Origin: Candidatus Cloacimonadota bacterium
GTDB taxonomy: Bacteria; Cloacimonadota; Cloacimonadia; Cloacimonadales; WRIO01
Assembly: GCA_029564175.1 (NCBI GenBank)
Contig: JAKQQL010000110.1
Span: 1-64,000 of the forward strand
Direction: 5' to 3'
DNA length: 64,000 bases
Under the pieces are notes generated by a model. The model searched no databases and had not been told where the DNA came from. It worked only from the letters and a program-made list of their open reading frames with translations. The number at the start of each line of letters is the position of its first letter. Position 1 is the stretch's first letter. Both the position numbers and the translations under genes were made by a program. This document shows positions 21,236 through 33,535 of this stretch, one piece after another.

Positions 21236-21972
21236 GAAAAATCTTCTCCATAAACGATTCTTCTGATAAGCCAGGAAGCAGCCATCATTCCCATAATCGC
21301 AGGCATATAAGCGATTGAACCAACCGTTGTTTTGGGGATGGAATCAGGCCGAATATCATTTTGAATAACAGTCTCAATAAGGTCTATTTCTAAAGGCTTT
21401 TCGCTGGAGAAAACAACCGGAAAGCTTTTCGTGACTCCATAGCGTCGGAGTAGCTTTTTCAGACGCTTGGCAAGCGGGCATTGTTCTGTTTTCCAGATAG
21501 AAGTGATTTCTATCTTTGAAGGATCCAGACGATTACCAGCACCTAATACCGAGATAAAAGGGATATCAAGCTCTGTCAGGTCTTTAATCATACCCATTTT
21601 AGGTCCGATACTGTCAATGGCATCCAATATGAAATCTACACTATTTAAATAATCTAATCGGTTTTCTTTGGCAAAGAATTCACTGAGTACTTTAATTTCA
21701 ACCTGAGGATTGATATCCAACATCCTTTGTTTAATAACATCTGTTTTTAACTGACCGATAGTAGAATGAAGTGCTATCAACTGACGATTGATATTACTTT
21801 CATTCACCCGATCAAAGTCGATAATCAGAAAAGAACCGACACCGGCTCTGACTAAGGCTTCTACGGCATAAGAACCGACTCCGCCTAATCCAATGACTGC
21901 CACACGGCTTTGTTGTAGTTTTTTGATGCCTTTTTCTCCAATGAGAAGAGCTGTTCTTTGAAATTGTGTCAT
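21232..21972 (-). CDS. tcdA: tRNA threonylcarbamoyladenosine dehydratase (ThiF/E1 family)
   Basis: GLGGVGSY..EAL.RAGVG, SNINRQL.AL.STIG, DAID, T..CPLA. Confidence 0.88.
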   Translation of the reverse strand: MTQFQRTALLIGEKGIKKLQQSRVAVIGLGGVGSYAVEALVRAGVGSFLIIDFDRVNESNINRQLIALHSTIGQLKTDVIKQRMLDINPQVEIKVLSEFFAKENRLDYLNSVDFILDAIDSIGPKMGMIKDLTELDIPFISVLGAGNRLDPSKIEITSIWKTEQCPLAKRLKKLLRRYGVTKSFPVVFSSEKPLEIDLIETVIQNDIRPDSIPKTTVGSIAYMPAIMGMMAASWLIRRIVYGEDFS

Positions 21973-23153
21973 CTTTTATCCTCAAACTTAGTAAATGCTA
22001 AAACCAACATACCCAGTAAACCAAAGATAAAGGATGCAATTAAATTATACTCTGGTTTTAAAATCCATAGGTAAGCCCCTAAAAATGCAGAAAGTGAAAC
22101 AACCACATCTCTCGCAAAATAGTAAGCACCAAAAGTAGCTGCTTTATAACCTTCCGGAGCCAGTTCCATAATCAATGCTTTACGGGTAGGTTCACCAAAC
22201 TCTTTTAATCCTCTGATGATAAAAGCCAGAATCAGCATCCAGAAGCTTTTACCAATTAACATAAGCATTGGAAAGGCAGTAAAAAATCCAAATGTGATTA
22301 ATACAAAGGGCTTCTTGCTTCCTTTATCAGCAAATAGTGCCACCGGTATATAGATTAGTAAAGCAACAACCATCTCAATGGCTGTTAATACGCCAAACTG
22401 GGTTGCAGAAATTTGAGCTCCTGAAATACTTTTCATAGCCCAGATGGCAATATAAGCATAAGGTATCTGTTCACAAAAGCGAATGAGAATATCTGACCCT
22501 AACAAATAAGTCAGACTTTTTGGCATCATTGAGAACATTTTTTTCAGATGAAGACTTTCATTTTTTACGACCTGATCTTTAATCATGATTTGTTGTATAA
22601 ATATGGAGATAACACCTAAGGCAAAAGCAATTAAAAAGGATAAACGAACACCCGTTCTTTCTCCGTAGGCGTCAATTAGAATGCCACCCATCACAGGACC
22701 TAAAGCCATCGGGATACGTCTGACCAGTGAATGAAGAGAAACCCCAAATACCCTTTTATTCTCAGGCATTTCACTATTGAGTAAATCCATGACAGCTGGA
22801 AGAGAAAGTGCTGTCCAAGATAAAAAGAAGAAAGAACCGACTATGACGGCTTTCCAGTTGGGTATAAAAATAACGATCAAATAGCCTATCAGGGTAAAAA
22901 TATTGAAGAAAAGCAAGGATTTTTTATAACCGAACTTAGATGTCAGCCATCCTCCAGGAATAGAATAAACAGCTGAGAGAAAATTATCTAGACCATTAAG
23001 AAAACCTGGAATTAAAGCAGAAGCACCAAGACTTAACAAATAAATTGGGAGAAAGCGCTCAGCCATTTTTTCACCGAGACCTACAAAAATTACCATAAAT
23101 AACAAACCATACACATCTTTACTGATGGGTATCGTTTTAAACTTTTCTAACAT
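21969..23153 (-). CDS. MFS transporter
   Basis: About 12 hydrophobic segments; motif-A-like GGWLTSKFGYKK and FADKGSKK. Start placed at ATG 23153 after AAGGAG. Confidence 0.88.
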   Translation of the reverse strand: MLEKFKTIPISKDVYGLLFMVIFVGLGEKMAERFLPIYLLSLGASALIPGFLNGLDNFLSAVYSIPGGWLTSKFGYKKSLLFFNIFTLIGYLIVIFIPNWKAVIVGSFFFLSWTALSLPAVMDLLNSEMPENKRVFGVSLHSLVRRIPMALGPVMGGILIDAYGERTGVRLSFLIAFALGVISIFIQQIMIKDQVVKNESLHLKKMFSMMPKSLTYLLGSDILIRFCEQIPYAYIAIWAMKSISGAQISATQFGVLTAIEMVVALLIYIPVALFADKGSKKPFVLITFGFFTAFPMLMLIGKSFWMLILAFIIRGLKEFGEPTRKALIMELAPEGYKAATFGAYYFARDVVVSLSAFLGAYLWILKPEYNLIASFIFGLLGMLVLAFTKFEDKR

Positions 23154-23171
23154 AAGATCTCCTTTTACTAT

Positions 23172-23273
23172 ACCTGCCATTCTTTGGTAGTCAGCGGATT
23201 TGACTTAAGAACCACTTTAGCGGGCCTTGAGTTAAAAACACGTTAAACCTTTCGGCTCTTAACTCGCACTCCG
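23172..23273 (-). ncRNA. Candidate structured 5' leader RNA of the MFS gene (unclassified)
   Basis: Minus-strand stems GAGTTAAGA/TTTTAACTC with a GCC-GAAA-GGT tetraloop hairpin, and TGGT..AGTCA/TGACT..ACCA; ends about 6 nt before the SD. Confidence 0.4.
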
Positions 23274-23277
23274 ATAA

Positions 23278-23316
23278 TTCCCCTCTTGGGAGGGGTAGTA
23301 CGAAGTGACGGGGTGG
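23278..23316. repeat. GC-rich REP-like palindrome TTCCCCTC-TTGG-GAGGGG
   Basis: CCCCTC/GAGGGG stem followed by CGAAGTGACGGGGTGG; GC-rich in an AT-rich background. Confidence 0.5.
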
Positions 23317-23365
23317 TAGGTTGCAAGCAGTTGCAGGGTAAGCAACCTTGTTTGATTTTTTTTAG

Positions 23366-23441
23366 TCACAAGCTGGTAGCTTGCGTTACATTCACAAGCT
23401 GGTAGCTGCGTTACATTCACAAGCTGGTAGCTTGCGTTACA
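23366..23441. repeat. Three tandem copies of a 25-26 bp REP-like palindrome
   Basis: TCACAAGCTGGTAGCTTGCGTTACAT at 23366, 23392 (1-nt deletion) and 23417; internal CAAGCT-ggt-AGCTTG hairpin. Confidence 0.9.
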
Positions 23442-23446
23442 CTGTT

Positions 23447-23893
23447 TTACTTATTCGACAGAATTTGTCTTAGTTCATTGCTCAGTTTGTCAACAACCTG
23501 AGAAACTTGTTCTTTCTTTGAGGCAGACGTTACAGTGATAACACCCTGTTTTTTCCATTGCCATTCAGGGTCACCTGCCGTAATGAAGTAAATTGTTTTG
23601 GTAGCATCGAGTTTTCGTGAGAGTTTTTTAAGTGTTCTATTGAAAAAAGTCCATGCTTCCAGTCTGTCCATGATAATCAATGCATCGAAGTCTTTGTTTT
23701 TAGTTTTAAGCAGAGATTTAGAAGGAATTTCAGTAAAGGTCACAAGCGGAAATCTGCTTTTTAATGAGTCAATAACGGTATTTTTGTGAAATGTTTTCAA
23801 ATCTTTAATGATGCATATGCCTACTTTTTTTGTAGATTCTGCATATATCAGAGAGATTGAAAACAGAAGCATTATTAGAAATATTTTACGCAT
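23447..23893 (-). CDS. Hypothetical exported protein
   Basis: Sec-type signal peptide (MRKIFLIMLLFSISLIYA), AAGGAG RBS. Confidence 0.7.
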   Translation of the reverse strand: MRKIFLIMLLFSISLIYAESTKKVGICIIKDLKTFHKNTVIDSLKSRFPLVTFTEIPSKSLLKTKNKDFDALIIMDRLEAWTFFNRTLKKLSRKLDATKTIYFITAGDPEWQWKKQGVITVTSASKKEQVSQVVDKLSNELRQILSNK

Positions 23894-23931
23894 AATTATC
23901 TCCTTAAGAATAAGCTGATAAAGAGAATATA

Positions 23932-25020
23932 CTATATTTCTGATTTAATCAAAGAAAAAATTCCTAATAATCCAAAAATGAGGTTAGGTAACCAGGCTGC
24001 CCATATAGGATCAATCACTTCATTATAGCCAAGACTTTGGCATATTCTGAGTGTTGTGAGGTAAATAAAACAAATAATCAGACCGATAAGGAAAATGATT
24101 CCGCGACCTTTACTTCTGACAGAAGTGGATGCAAGCGGAACACAAAATAAAATGATGATAAAATTAGCTAAAGGGTAGCTTAACTTTGTGTACAGATCAA
24201 CCAATTCACTATGATACTTTTCTCCGATTTTTTTAAGACTCCCAATATATTCTTTTAATTCGAAATAATTCATAGCCAAATTAGATTTTGCTGTTTTTAT
24301 AAAGTCATTAGGAGTTGCTTTAATCTCGGGGATGTTTGCCCGTTCTGAAAAAACATACTTAATCATTTTATTGTTTTTAAACTCACGGTCATAGCATTTC
24401 ATGAAAATCCAGGTTTCCCCATTCCATATAGCATCATTAGCTGTTATTTTACGACTGATACTGCCACTTTTTCCATCAAACTGAGTAATATCAATGGTAC
24501 GCATTAGATTTTGGTATCCATCAAAGAATCCGATATAGTATAAGTAGTCATTTGCCCCAGAGTAATAGATGTTAGATCTGAGTTTTACGTCTTCAAGCTG
24601 CTGCTTTTTGATATCAACTGTATAAATCTCATTACGGTGTGCTTCGGTAATGGGAAGTATATATTCTCCAAAGAGCCCAATACAAATACTCATGAGTAAA
24701 CCAATGATCAGAATAGGACTCACCATTCTAATAATACTGATACCAGCTGCTCTGATAGCAATTGATTCATGATATTTAGACAAGGTACTCATTAAGAAAA
24801 GACCTGAGAGTAATACGATGACTGGACTTACCAACACAACCAGATAAGGAATTCTTAGCAGAAAATACTGGGCAAGTAACCAGTAATCATTCTCATATTT
24901 TAGAAGGCGGGGTAAACGGTCGAATATATCAATGACTAAAAATAAAGCCATGAATGAGATGAGAATAACAAAAAATGTGCCTAAGTATTGTCTGAGGATA
25001 TATTTATCTAATAATCTCAT
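23932..25020 (-). CDS. lptG: LPS export permease, LptF/LptG family (LptG-like)
   Basis: LLDKYILRQYL, E..AIRAAGIS, AAWLPN; paired with the upstream paralog. Confidence 0.8.
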   Translation of the reverse strand: MRLLDKYILRQYLGTFFVILISFMALFLVIDIFDRLPRLLKYENDYWLLAQYFLLRIPYLVVLVSPVIVLLSGLFLMSTLSKYHESIAIRAAGISIIRMVSPILIIGLLMSICIGLFGEYILPITEAHRNEIYTVDIKKQQLEDVKLRSNIYYSGANDYLYYIGFFDGYQNLMRTIDITQFDGKSGSISRKITANDAIWNGETWIFMKCYDREFKNNKMIKYVFSERANIPEIKATPNDFIKTAKSNLAMNYFELKEYIGSLKKIGEKYHSELVDLYTKLSYPLANFIIILFCVPLASTSVRSKGRGIIFLIGLIICFIYLTTLRICQSLGYNEVIDPIWAAWLPNLIFGLLGIFSLIKSEI

Positions 25021-25050
25021 AATGATTTAAAGACCTGAGTCTTTCCTCCT

Positions 25051-26355
25051 TTAAGAAAACCGGCTGGTTATTTTTTTGAGTTTATGGTTAAGTCTGTCAA
25101 GATCAATCAAATGTTTTTCTTTGTAGCTGGTATAAGTTACAATCAGACCAATGATAAAAAATATAATGTTAGGCAACCACATAGAAAATATGGGAGATAA
25201 AATGCCTTTGTCACCCAATTGCTCTCCTCCGACTATCATTACATAAAAAATCAAGAAGATAATGGCTGAAACAGAAAATGCCATTCCAATACCACTGGAT
25301 TTTGTCATCATACCGATAGGTGCACCAATCATAAAGAATATGAAACAGGCAAAGGCAAGAGCATATTTCTTTTGGATTTCAACCTGATACATACGAATTG
25401 TCTTTTCGACTTCATCTTTTTCAGCCTGTTTGAGGTTAAGCATGTTCGTAATTTTTTTATGTTCCATATAGATATCTTTATCTTCCAGATTTTTGGGGAG
25501 TTTTTGCAAGTTTTCACGTAAAGGTTTGAGTTCTTTATCCAGTCTTTCTGCGTCTTTCATACGGTCAGCAATCATTTCTCTGACTTGCTGAGATGTCATT
25601 TCCCTGTCACCTCGATAAGCTGTTGGGCTGTTGTCCATTTCAAAACCCAGATCAGACCTTACCATTGAATATTTTTTAAAATACCTGACCTGATACTTAT
25701 TTTGATCTTTAGGGTCTTTTTCGTGCATTTCTCCATTGTACAAATCAACTCTTACCTGGCTGGCATTATTTTCAATCTTAATGGTACCGCTTTTTGCTGT
25801 GATTGTGGTAGGAAAACTTGAATTTTCCCGATTGTAAATAATGATTCCTCTTAGCTCATTTCCGATTGCTTCTCTGGCGTATATAGAAATATTATCCAAA
25901 ACAGTAAATGTACCTGGCTTAATTGCATTGATCGGTTTTCGATAGGTAACTTTTATCATTAGATTTTTTAATGTATGGTTTGTTTCGGGGAGTATAAAAT
26001 CATTAAAATAAGCCATTCCCCCTGCCAAAAGGAGTGCCAGAACGTAGAGATGTATCAGCTTTTTATGTACGTTTACTCCACAGGCTTTGGCTGCAGTCAG
26101 TTCCTGATCAACAGACATACGCCCGAAGGTCATGATCGATGACGTTAAAACTGCTAATGGTACTGAAAGTGCCATAATAAAGGGTAAGCTGAGAGAAAAC
26201 AGGCTGATGATAGTTAGAATATCTAATTGTTTTTCAATGATAATGTTGAGCAGATCTATTAATCTGTCCAGCATCATGACGAATGTGATAACAATGAGTG
26301 AAACTAAAAATGGTTTTATGCTTTCCCAAAAGAAATATCTTTCCAGTATTTTCAT
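25051..26355 (-). CDS. lptF: LPS export permease, LptF/LptG family (LptF-like)
   Basis: ILERYF, FGRMSVDQELTAAKACG, IKPG.F, MWLPN. Confidence 0.8.
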   Translation of the reverse strand: MKILERYFFWESIKPFLVSLIVITFVMMLDRLIDLLNIIIEKQLDILTIISLFSLSLPFIMALSVPLAVLTSSIMTFGRMSVDQELTAAKACGVNVHKKLIHLYVLALLLAGGMAYFNDFILPETNHTLKNLMIKVTYRKPINAIKPGTFTVLDNISIYAREAIGNELRGIIIYNRENSSFPTTITAKSGTIKIENNASQVRVDLYNGEMHEKDPKDQNKYQVRYFKKYSMVRSDLGFEMDNSPTAYRGDREMTSQQVREMIADRMKDAERLDKELKPLRENLQKLPKNLEDKDIYMEHKKITNMLNLKQAEKDEVEKTIRMYQVEIQKKYALAFACFIFFMIGAPIGMMTKSSGIGMAFSVSAIIFLIFYVMIVGGEQLGDKGILSPIFSMWLPNIIFFIIGLIVTYTSYKEKHLIDLDRLNHKLKKITSRFS

Positions 26356-29651
<3,296 letters not shown>

Positions 29652-29680
29652 TTTTTATCCCTTAATCTGTATTATGATGA

Positions 29681-30751
29681 TTAGCTTTGAGTAAGTCTTT
29701 CATTTTTATATGCTAATTTTAATGCTTCGATAAACTCATCTAATTCTCCGTCCAAAATACCATTTAATCGATAAGATGTCAAGTTAATTCTGTGATCTGT
29801 TACTCTTGACTGTGGGAAATTGTATGTTCTGATCTTAGCACTTCTGTCACCGGTACCGACCTGAGATTTTCTGCTTTGTGATATTTCTGCTTCCTGTTTG
29901 GATATTTCTGCATCCAATAATCTGGATTTCAGAATGGTCATCGCTTTGGCTTTATTTTTGATCTGTGATTTTTCATCCTGACATGTTACTACCAGACCTG
30001 TGGGAACGTGGGTAATTCTAACAGCTGAGTCAGTTGTATTGACACTTTGACCGCCATTGCCTGAAGAACGGTAAACGTCCACTCTCAGATCTTTTTCTTC
30101 AATCTGGACGTCAATATCTTCAGCTTCAGGTAAAACAGCCACAGAAATTGCAGATGTATGAATTCTGCCACTGGCTTCAGTATCAGGTATTCTTTGAACA
30201 CGATGTACACCACTTTCAAAACGCATAGTTCCAAATACATTGTCTCCGGTTAATGAGAAAATAATTTCTCTGAATCCGCCCATACCTGTCGGGTTTGATG
30301 AAATGACAGCCTGTTTCCATTTTTTTAATTCAGAAAAGCGTGTGTACATTCGATATAGGTCTGCTACAAAGAGAGCTGCTTCTTCACCACCGGTTCCGGC
30401 TCTGATTTCCACAATGGCATTTTTTTCATCGTTTGGGTCTTTAGGTGCGAGTAATTCTTTTAATTCTTCAGTAACTGATTCTAACTCCTGATCTTTAATA
30501 GCTAATTCTTCTTTAGCCATCTCAAGCATATCCTGATCTTTTTCAGTTTTTAACATTTCCTTTGTTTCAAGGATTTCCTGTTCAATTGCTTTGAGTTTAT
30601 TATAAGTTTCAATAATTGCATTAAGGTCATTAAACCGGCGGGATAGTTTTTTAAATGCACGCTGGTCAGACATGAGGGAGGGGTCTGAAACTTTTTCTTT
30701 TAATTCTTCATATTCAGCTTGTAAAGCTGTCATTCTTTCTACTGGTATCAT
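29681..30751 (-). CDS. prfA: Peptide chain release factor 1
   Basis: EIRAGTGGEEA, ESGVHRVQRIPDTE (PxT), GGQSVNTTDSAVR. Confidence 0.97.
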   Translation of the reverse strand: MIPVERMTALQAEYEELKEKVSDPSLMSDQRAFKKLSRRFNDLNAIIETYNKLKAIEQEILETKEMLKTEKDQDMLEMAKEELAIKDQELESVTEELKELLAPKDPNDEKNAIVEIRAGTGGEEAALFVADLYRMYTRFSELKKWKQAVISSNPTGMGGFREIIFSLTGDNVFGTMRFESGVHRVQRIPDTEASGRIHTSAISVAVLPEAEDIDVQIEEKDLRVDVYRSSGNGGQSVNTTDSAVRITHVPTGLVVTCQDEKSQIKNKAKAMTILKSRLLDAEISKQEAEISQSRKSQVGTGDRSAKIRTYNFPQSRVTDHRINLTSYRLNGILDGELDEFIEALKLAYKNERLTQS

Positions 30752-30774
30752 AAACCATCGACTCCTTTTTATGT

Positions 30775-30807
30775 AAAAAACAGGCAGAAATCGAGTCTCT
30801 GCCTGTT
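30775..30807 (-). terminator. Intrinsic terminator-like hairpin between DUF1385 and prfA
   Basis: Minus strand ACAGGCAGAGA-ctcga-TTTCTGCCTG followed by T6. Confidence 0.6.
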
Positions 30808-30820
30808 GAAATGTTTATAT

Positions 30821-31792
30821 CTAGTCTTTTGTGTTTTTATCTACGAAACGGATGTTATCATGTTGATCAAGATCAAGTTCTAATGCTGCTTTGAGCGCAA
30901 CGATTGCTACTTCAAGTTGTTGCTCGTCTGGTTCCTGAGTGGTTATTTTCTGTAAAGCCATACCAGGAACAGTCATTAGTTTTACTAATGGATGATTTAA
31001 TTTTTTCTCACTCATTTTGAGGACTTCATACGAAATGCCTGAAATCAGAGGTAAAAGTAGTAAATGATAGCCGAGTCTGACAAATAGTTGCGGAACACCG
31101 ATAAAACGACTGACCAAACTGTCCACAATAGAGAATATCAATATAGATATCAGTAATACAAAAAACATAAAACTGGTTCCACAACGTGGGTGGATCGTTG
31201 TATATTTTTTTACATCATTTACATTCAAATCTGGTTCTTTGTCATAAGCATGAACACTTTTATGTTCTGCACCGTGATATTCAAATACTCTGTGAATATC
31301 TTTGAATTTGCTGATAATCCAAACGTAGAGTACAAAGAAAACGATACGGATTGACCCAGCAAAAATGTTAAACAGCCAGTTATCTTTTGCCAGATTGATC
31401 CAGCTTGATATTTGATAGGGGAGATAGCCGAATAAACCAAATGCCAGTGCTAAAGAAGCAATGATGGTTAAATATTCTCCTAATTTTACCATTAGTGGAT
31501 TTTTTTCAGTATTTGTTTTGTCTGCTTCATCAAGATCAAGCTCAGCTCTCTGAGCTGAAAAATTGAGCGTACCGATACCGATAATCATCATTTCGATCAG
31601 AGAAACAAATCCTCTGATAATCGGTTGTTTAAATAGGGGATGAGATTTGGTTCGTGTTGTAAAAGCCTCTTTTAAGACTTCAATTTGTCCGCTTTTTCTT
31701 CTGACAGCTGTGGCACAATATGCAGGACCTCTCATCATGACACCTTCAATAACAGCTTGGCCACCTACCTGAATTTGTTTCTTTTCCATCAT
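30821..31792 (-). CDS. DUF1385 membrane protein
   Basis: VGGQAVIEGVMMRG, YHGAEHK, HPRCGTSF, LQKITT.EP; usual position next to rpmE and prfA. Confidence 0.92.
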   Translation of the reverse strand: MMEKKQIQVGGQAVIEGVMMRGPAYCATAVRRKSGQIEVLKEAFTTRTKSHPLFKQPIIRGFVSLIEMMIIGIGTLNFSAQRAELDLDEADKTNTEKNPLMVKLGEYLTIIASLALAFGLFGYLPYQISSWINLAKDNWLFNIFAGSIRIVFFVLYVWIISKFKDIHRVFEYHGAEHKSVHAYDKEPDLNVNDVKKYTTIHPRCGTSFMFFVLLISILIFSIVDSLVSRFIGVPQLFVRLGYHLLLLPLISGISYEVLKMSEKKLNHPLVKLMTVPGMALQKITTQEPDEQQLEVAIVALKAALELDLDQHDNIRFVDKNTKD

Positions 31793-31860
31793 TTTATCCT
31801 TTAAATAGAAAAATTGCACCATACGATTTTTCAATCAATAACGTATGATGCAATAAATTT

Positions 31861-32070
31861 CTAATTTTCGCTGGTGCGGTTGTATTTTTTATTGAATTTT
31901 TCAACTCTTCCGGCTGTATCCAGTAATTTTTGTTTACCAGTATAGAATGGGTGGCATTCTGAGCAAATTTCCACATCCATTTTTCCTTTAGTAGAAGCAG
32001 TTTCAAATGTATTTCCGCAAGCACATTTTACGGTTATTTTTTCGTATTTAGGATGAATTCCGTTTTTCAT
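31861..32070 (-). CDS. rpmE: 50S ribosomal protein L31 (zinc-binding type)
   Basis: [25 protein letters not shown]. Confidence 0.98.
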   Translation of the reverse strand: MKNGIHPKYEKITVKCACGNTFETASTKGKMDVEICSECHPFYTGKQKLLDTAGRVEKFNKKYNRTSEN

Positions 32071-32587
32071 TTATATCTCCTTAATTAATTTTTACACACT
32101 TTCAGTCATGAAAATTTCAAAACATTTTTTTGTCAAACGATTTTTTGGAAAATGCTGAGTGCTTTGAATTTGAACGAAAAAGAATATTTGATACGGATTA
32201 TGCTGATCTTAAGGATTTAAAGTCTTAAAGAAAATCAAAAAAGGTAAATCCTCAAAGTAATATTGATAATCATGCGGAAGATAAGCAAATTATATGCTAA
32301 GTTACTCGTAGTACAAGTTCTCAGCATACGAGATACTACAAACAACTTCATTAGACAGTCTGTTCGTCCTTGATTCTTCTTCCATTCCTCTTCCTTTCTT
32401 GGAGAACAGAGTAATCATCAAAGGGGAGAGAAAGCAGTATGAAAGCTGTTTTGATTTTGGTATTGACAGAAATTCGCTTTATTTTATTTTAAGTGAATCA
32501 TGACCATCTTGGTCGTTTTAAAATAATCAGGATGTTTCTGTACTACATGCATCTTGCTTGTAGTGAGCTAATCTGACGGAGGTTAGA

Positions 32588-33253
32588 ATGAAGACAAATT
32601 ACCATTCCCACGATACTGTTTATAAACGATTAAAAGAAAAGGGTCAAAACAGTTGGTCATTAGAGGAAGATTTACGTGATTATCTACAAAATCTTAAGCA
32701 GATACTTGATCAGTATCATTTTACAGACAGCTTAAATGGCAAAATACTTGAATTAGGATGTGGAGCTGGCAACATCCTGCTTTCAGTAAAAAATGATGTT
32801 AATGACTGTTTTGGTGTCGATATTTCAGAGACAGCGATTGAAATGGCAAAGTTCAATGATAAAAAAAATCTGTGTCACTTTTTTGTAGGCGATGTGTTGT
32901 CTTTAGAAGATTTTTCTGATGAGTTTTTTGATCTGGTCATTGACGGCAACTGTTTCCATTGCATTATCGGAGAGGACAGGGCTTCATTTTTAAATACTGC
33001 CAGTAGAGTCTTAAAGAAAGATGGGTTATTTTATATTTCCACAATGTGTGGCGATCCACCTTCTGAGATTCAACATCATTATGACGAAAAAACACGATGT
33101 TCTTTATTAACAGATGGTACCGCAGTTCGTTATTTTGGTTATCCGGATGATATTATCAATGAAATCAAAAATTCTGGTTTTCATATTATTGGGGAGTCTT
33201 TACAGACACAGGAATATCAGCAAGACGGACTGATCATATTAGCGCATAAGTAA
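32588..33253 (+). CDS. Class I SAM-dependent methyltransferase
   Basis: ILELGCGAG, GVDIS, GDV, FDLVID..CFHCI, RVLKKDG. Confidence 0.9.
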   Translation: MKTNYHSHDTVYKRLKEKGQNSWSLEEDLRDYLQNLKQILDQYHFTDSLNGKILELGCGAGNILLSVKNDVNDCFGVDISETAIEMAKFNDKKNLCHFFVGDVLSLEDFSDEFFDLVIDGNCFHCIIGEDRASFLNTASRVLKKDGLFYISTMCGDPPSEIQHHYDEKTRCSLLTDGTAVRYFGYPDDIINEIKNSGFHIIGESLQTQEYQQDGLIILAHK

Positions 33254-33535
33254 TGTGCATAAGCTGTGCATAACTCTTTTTTGATTACTTAACAGACTGA
33301 TGAATAAAGATTTTGACTGACTATTAAAAATGTGAGTAAGATTCAGAAAAAATGAACTAAATTAGTTGCAAAACCATATAATCAGCGTAATCAGTGTCTA
33401 AAAATTTTTTCATTTCTAACTCAGAGTTCTCAAAAATCATAAAGCTTTATAAAAAATTATAAATTTGATTGACAAAATTATCAGAATCTGTATAATATAC
33501 AATAATAGATGATAGTAGTGGATAAGGAGTAAAGG

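Noticed and set aside
23366..23441. Possible mini-CRISPR array
   Set aside because: Repeats are directly head-to-tail with no unique spacers, and there are no cas genes in the window.
29681..32070. prmC missing from the rpmE-DUF1385-prfA cluster
   Set aside because: Gene order at this locus is variable and prmC may lie elsewhere; no remnant is visible.
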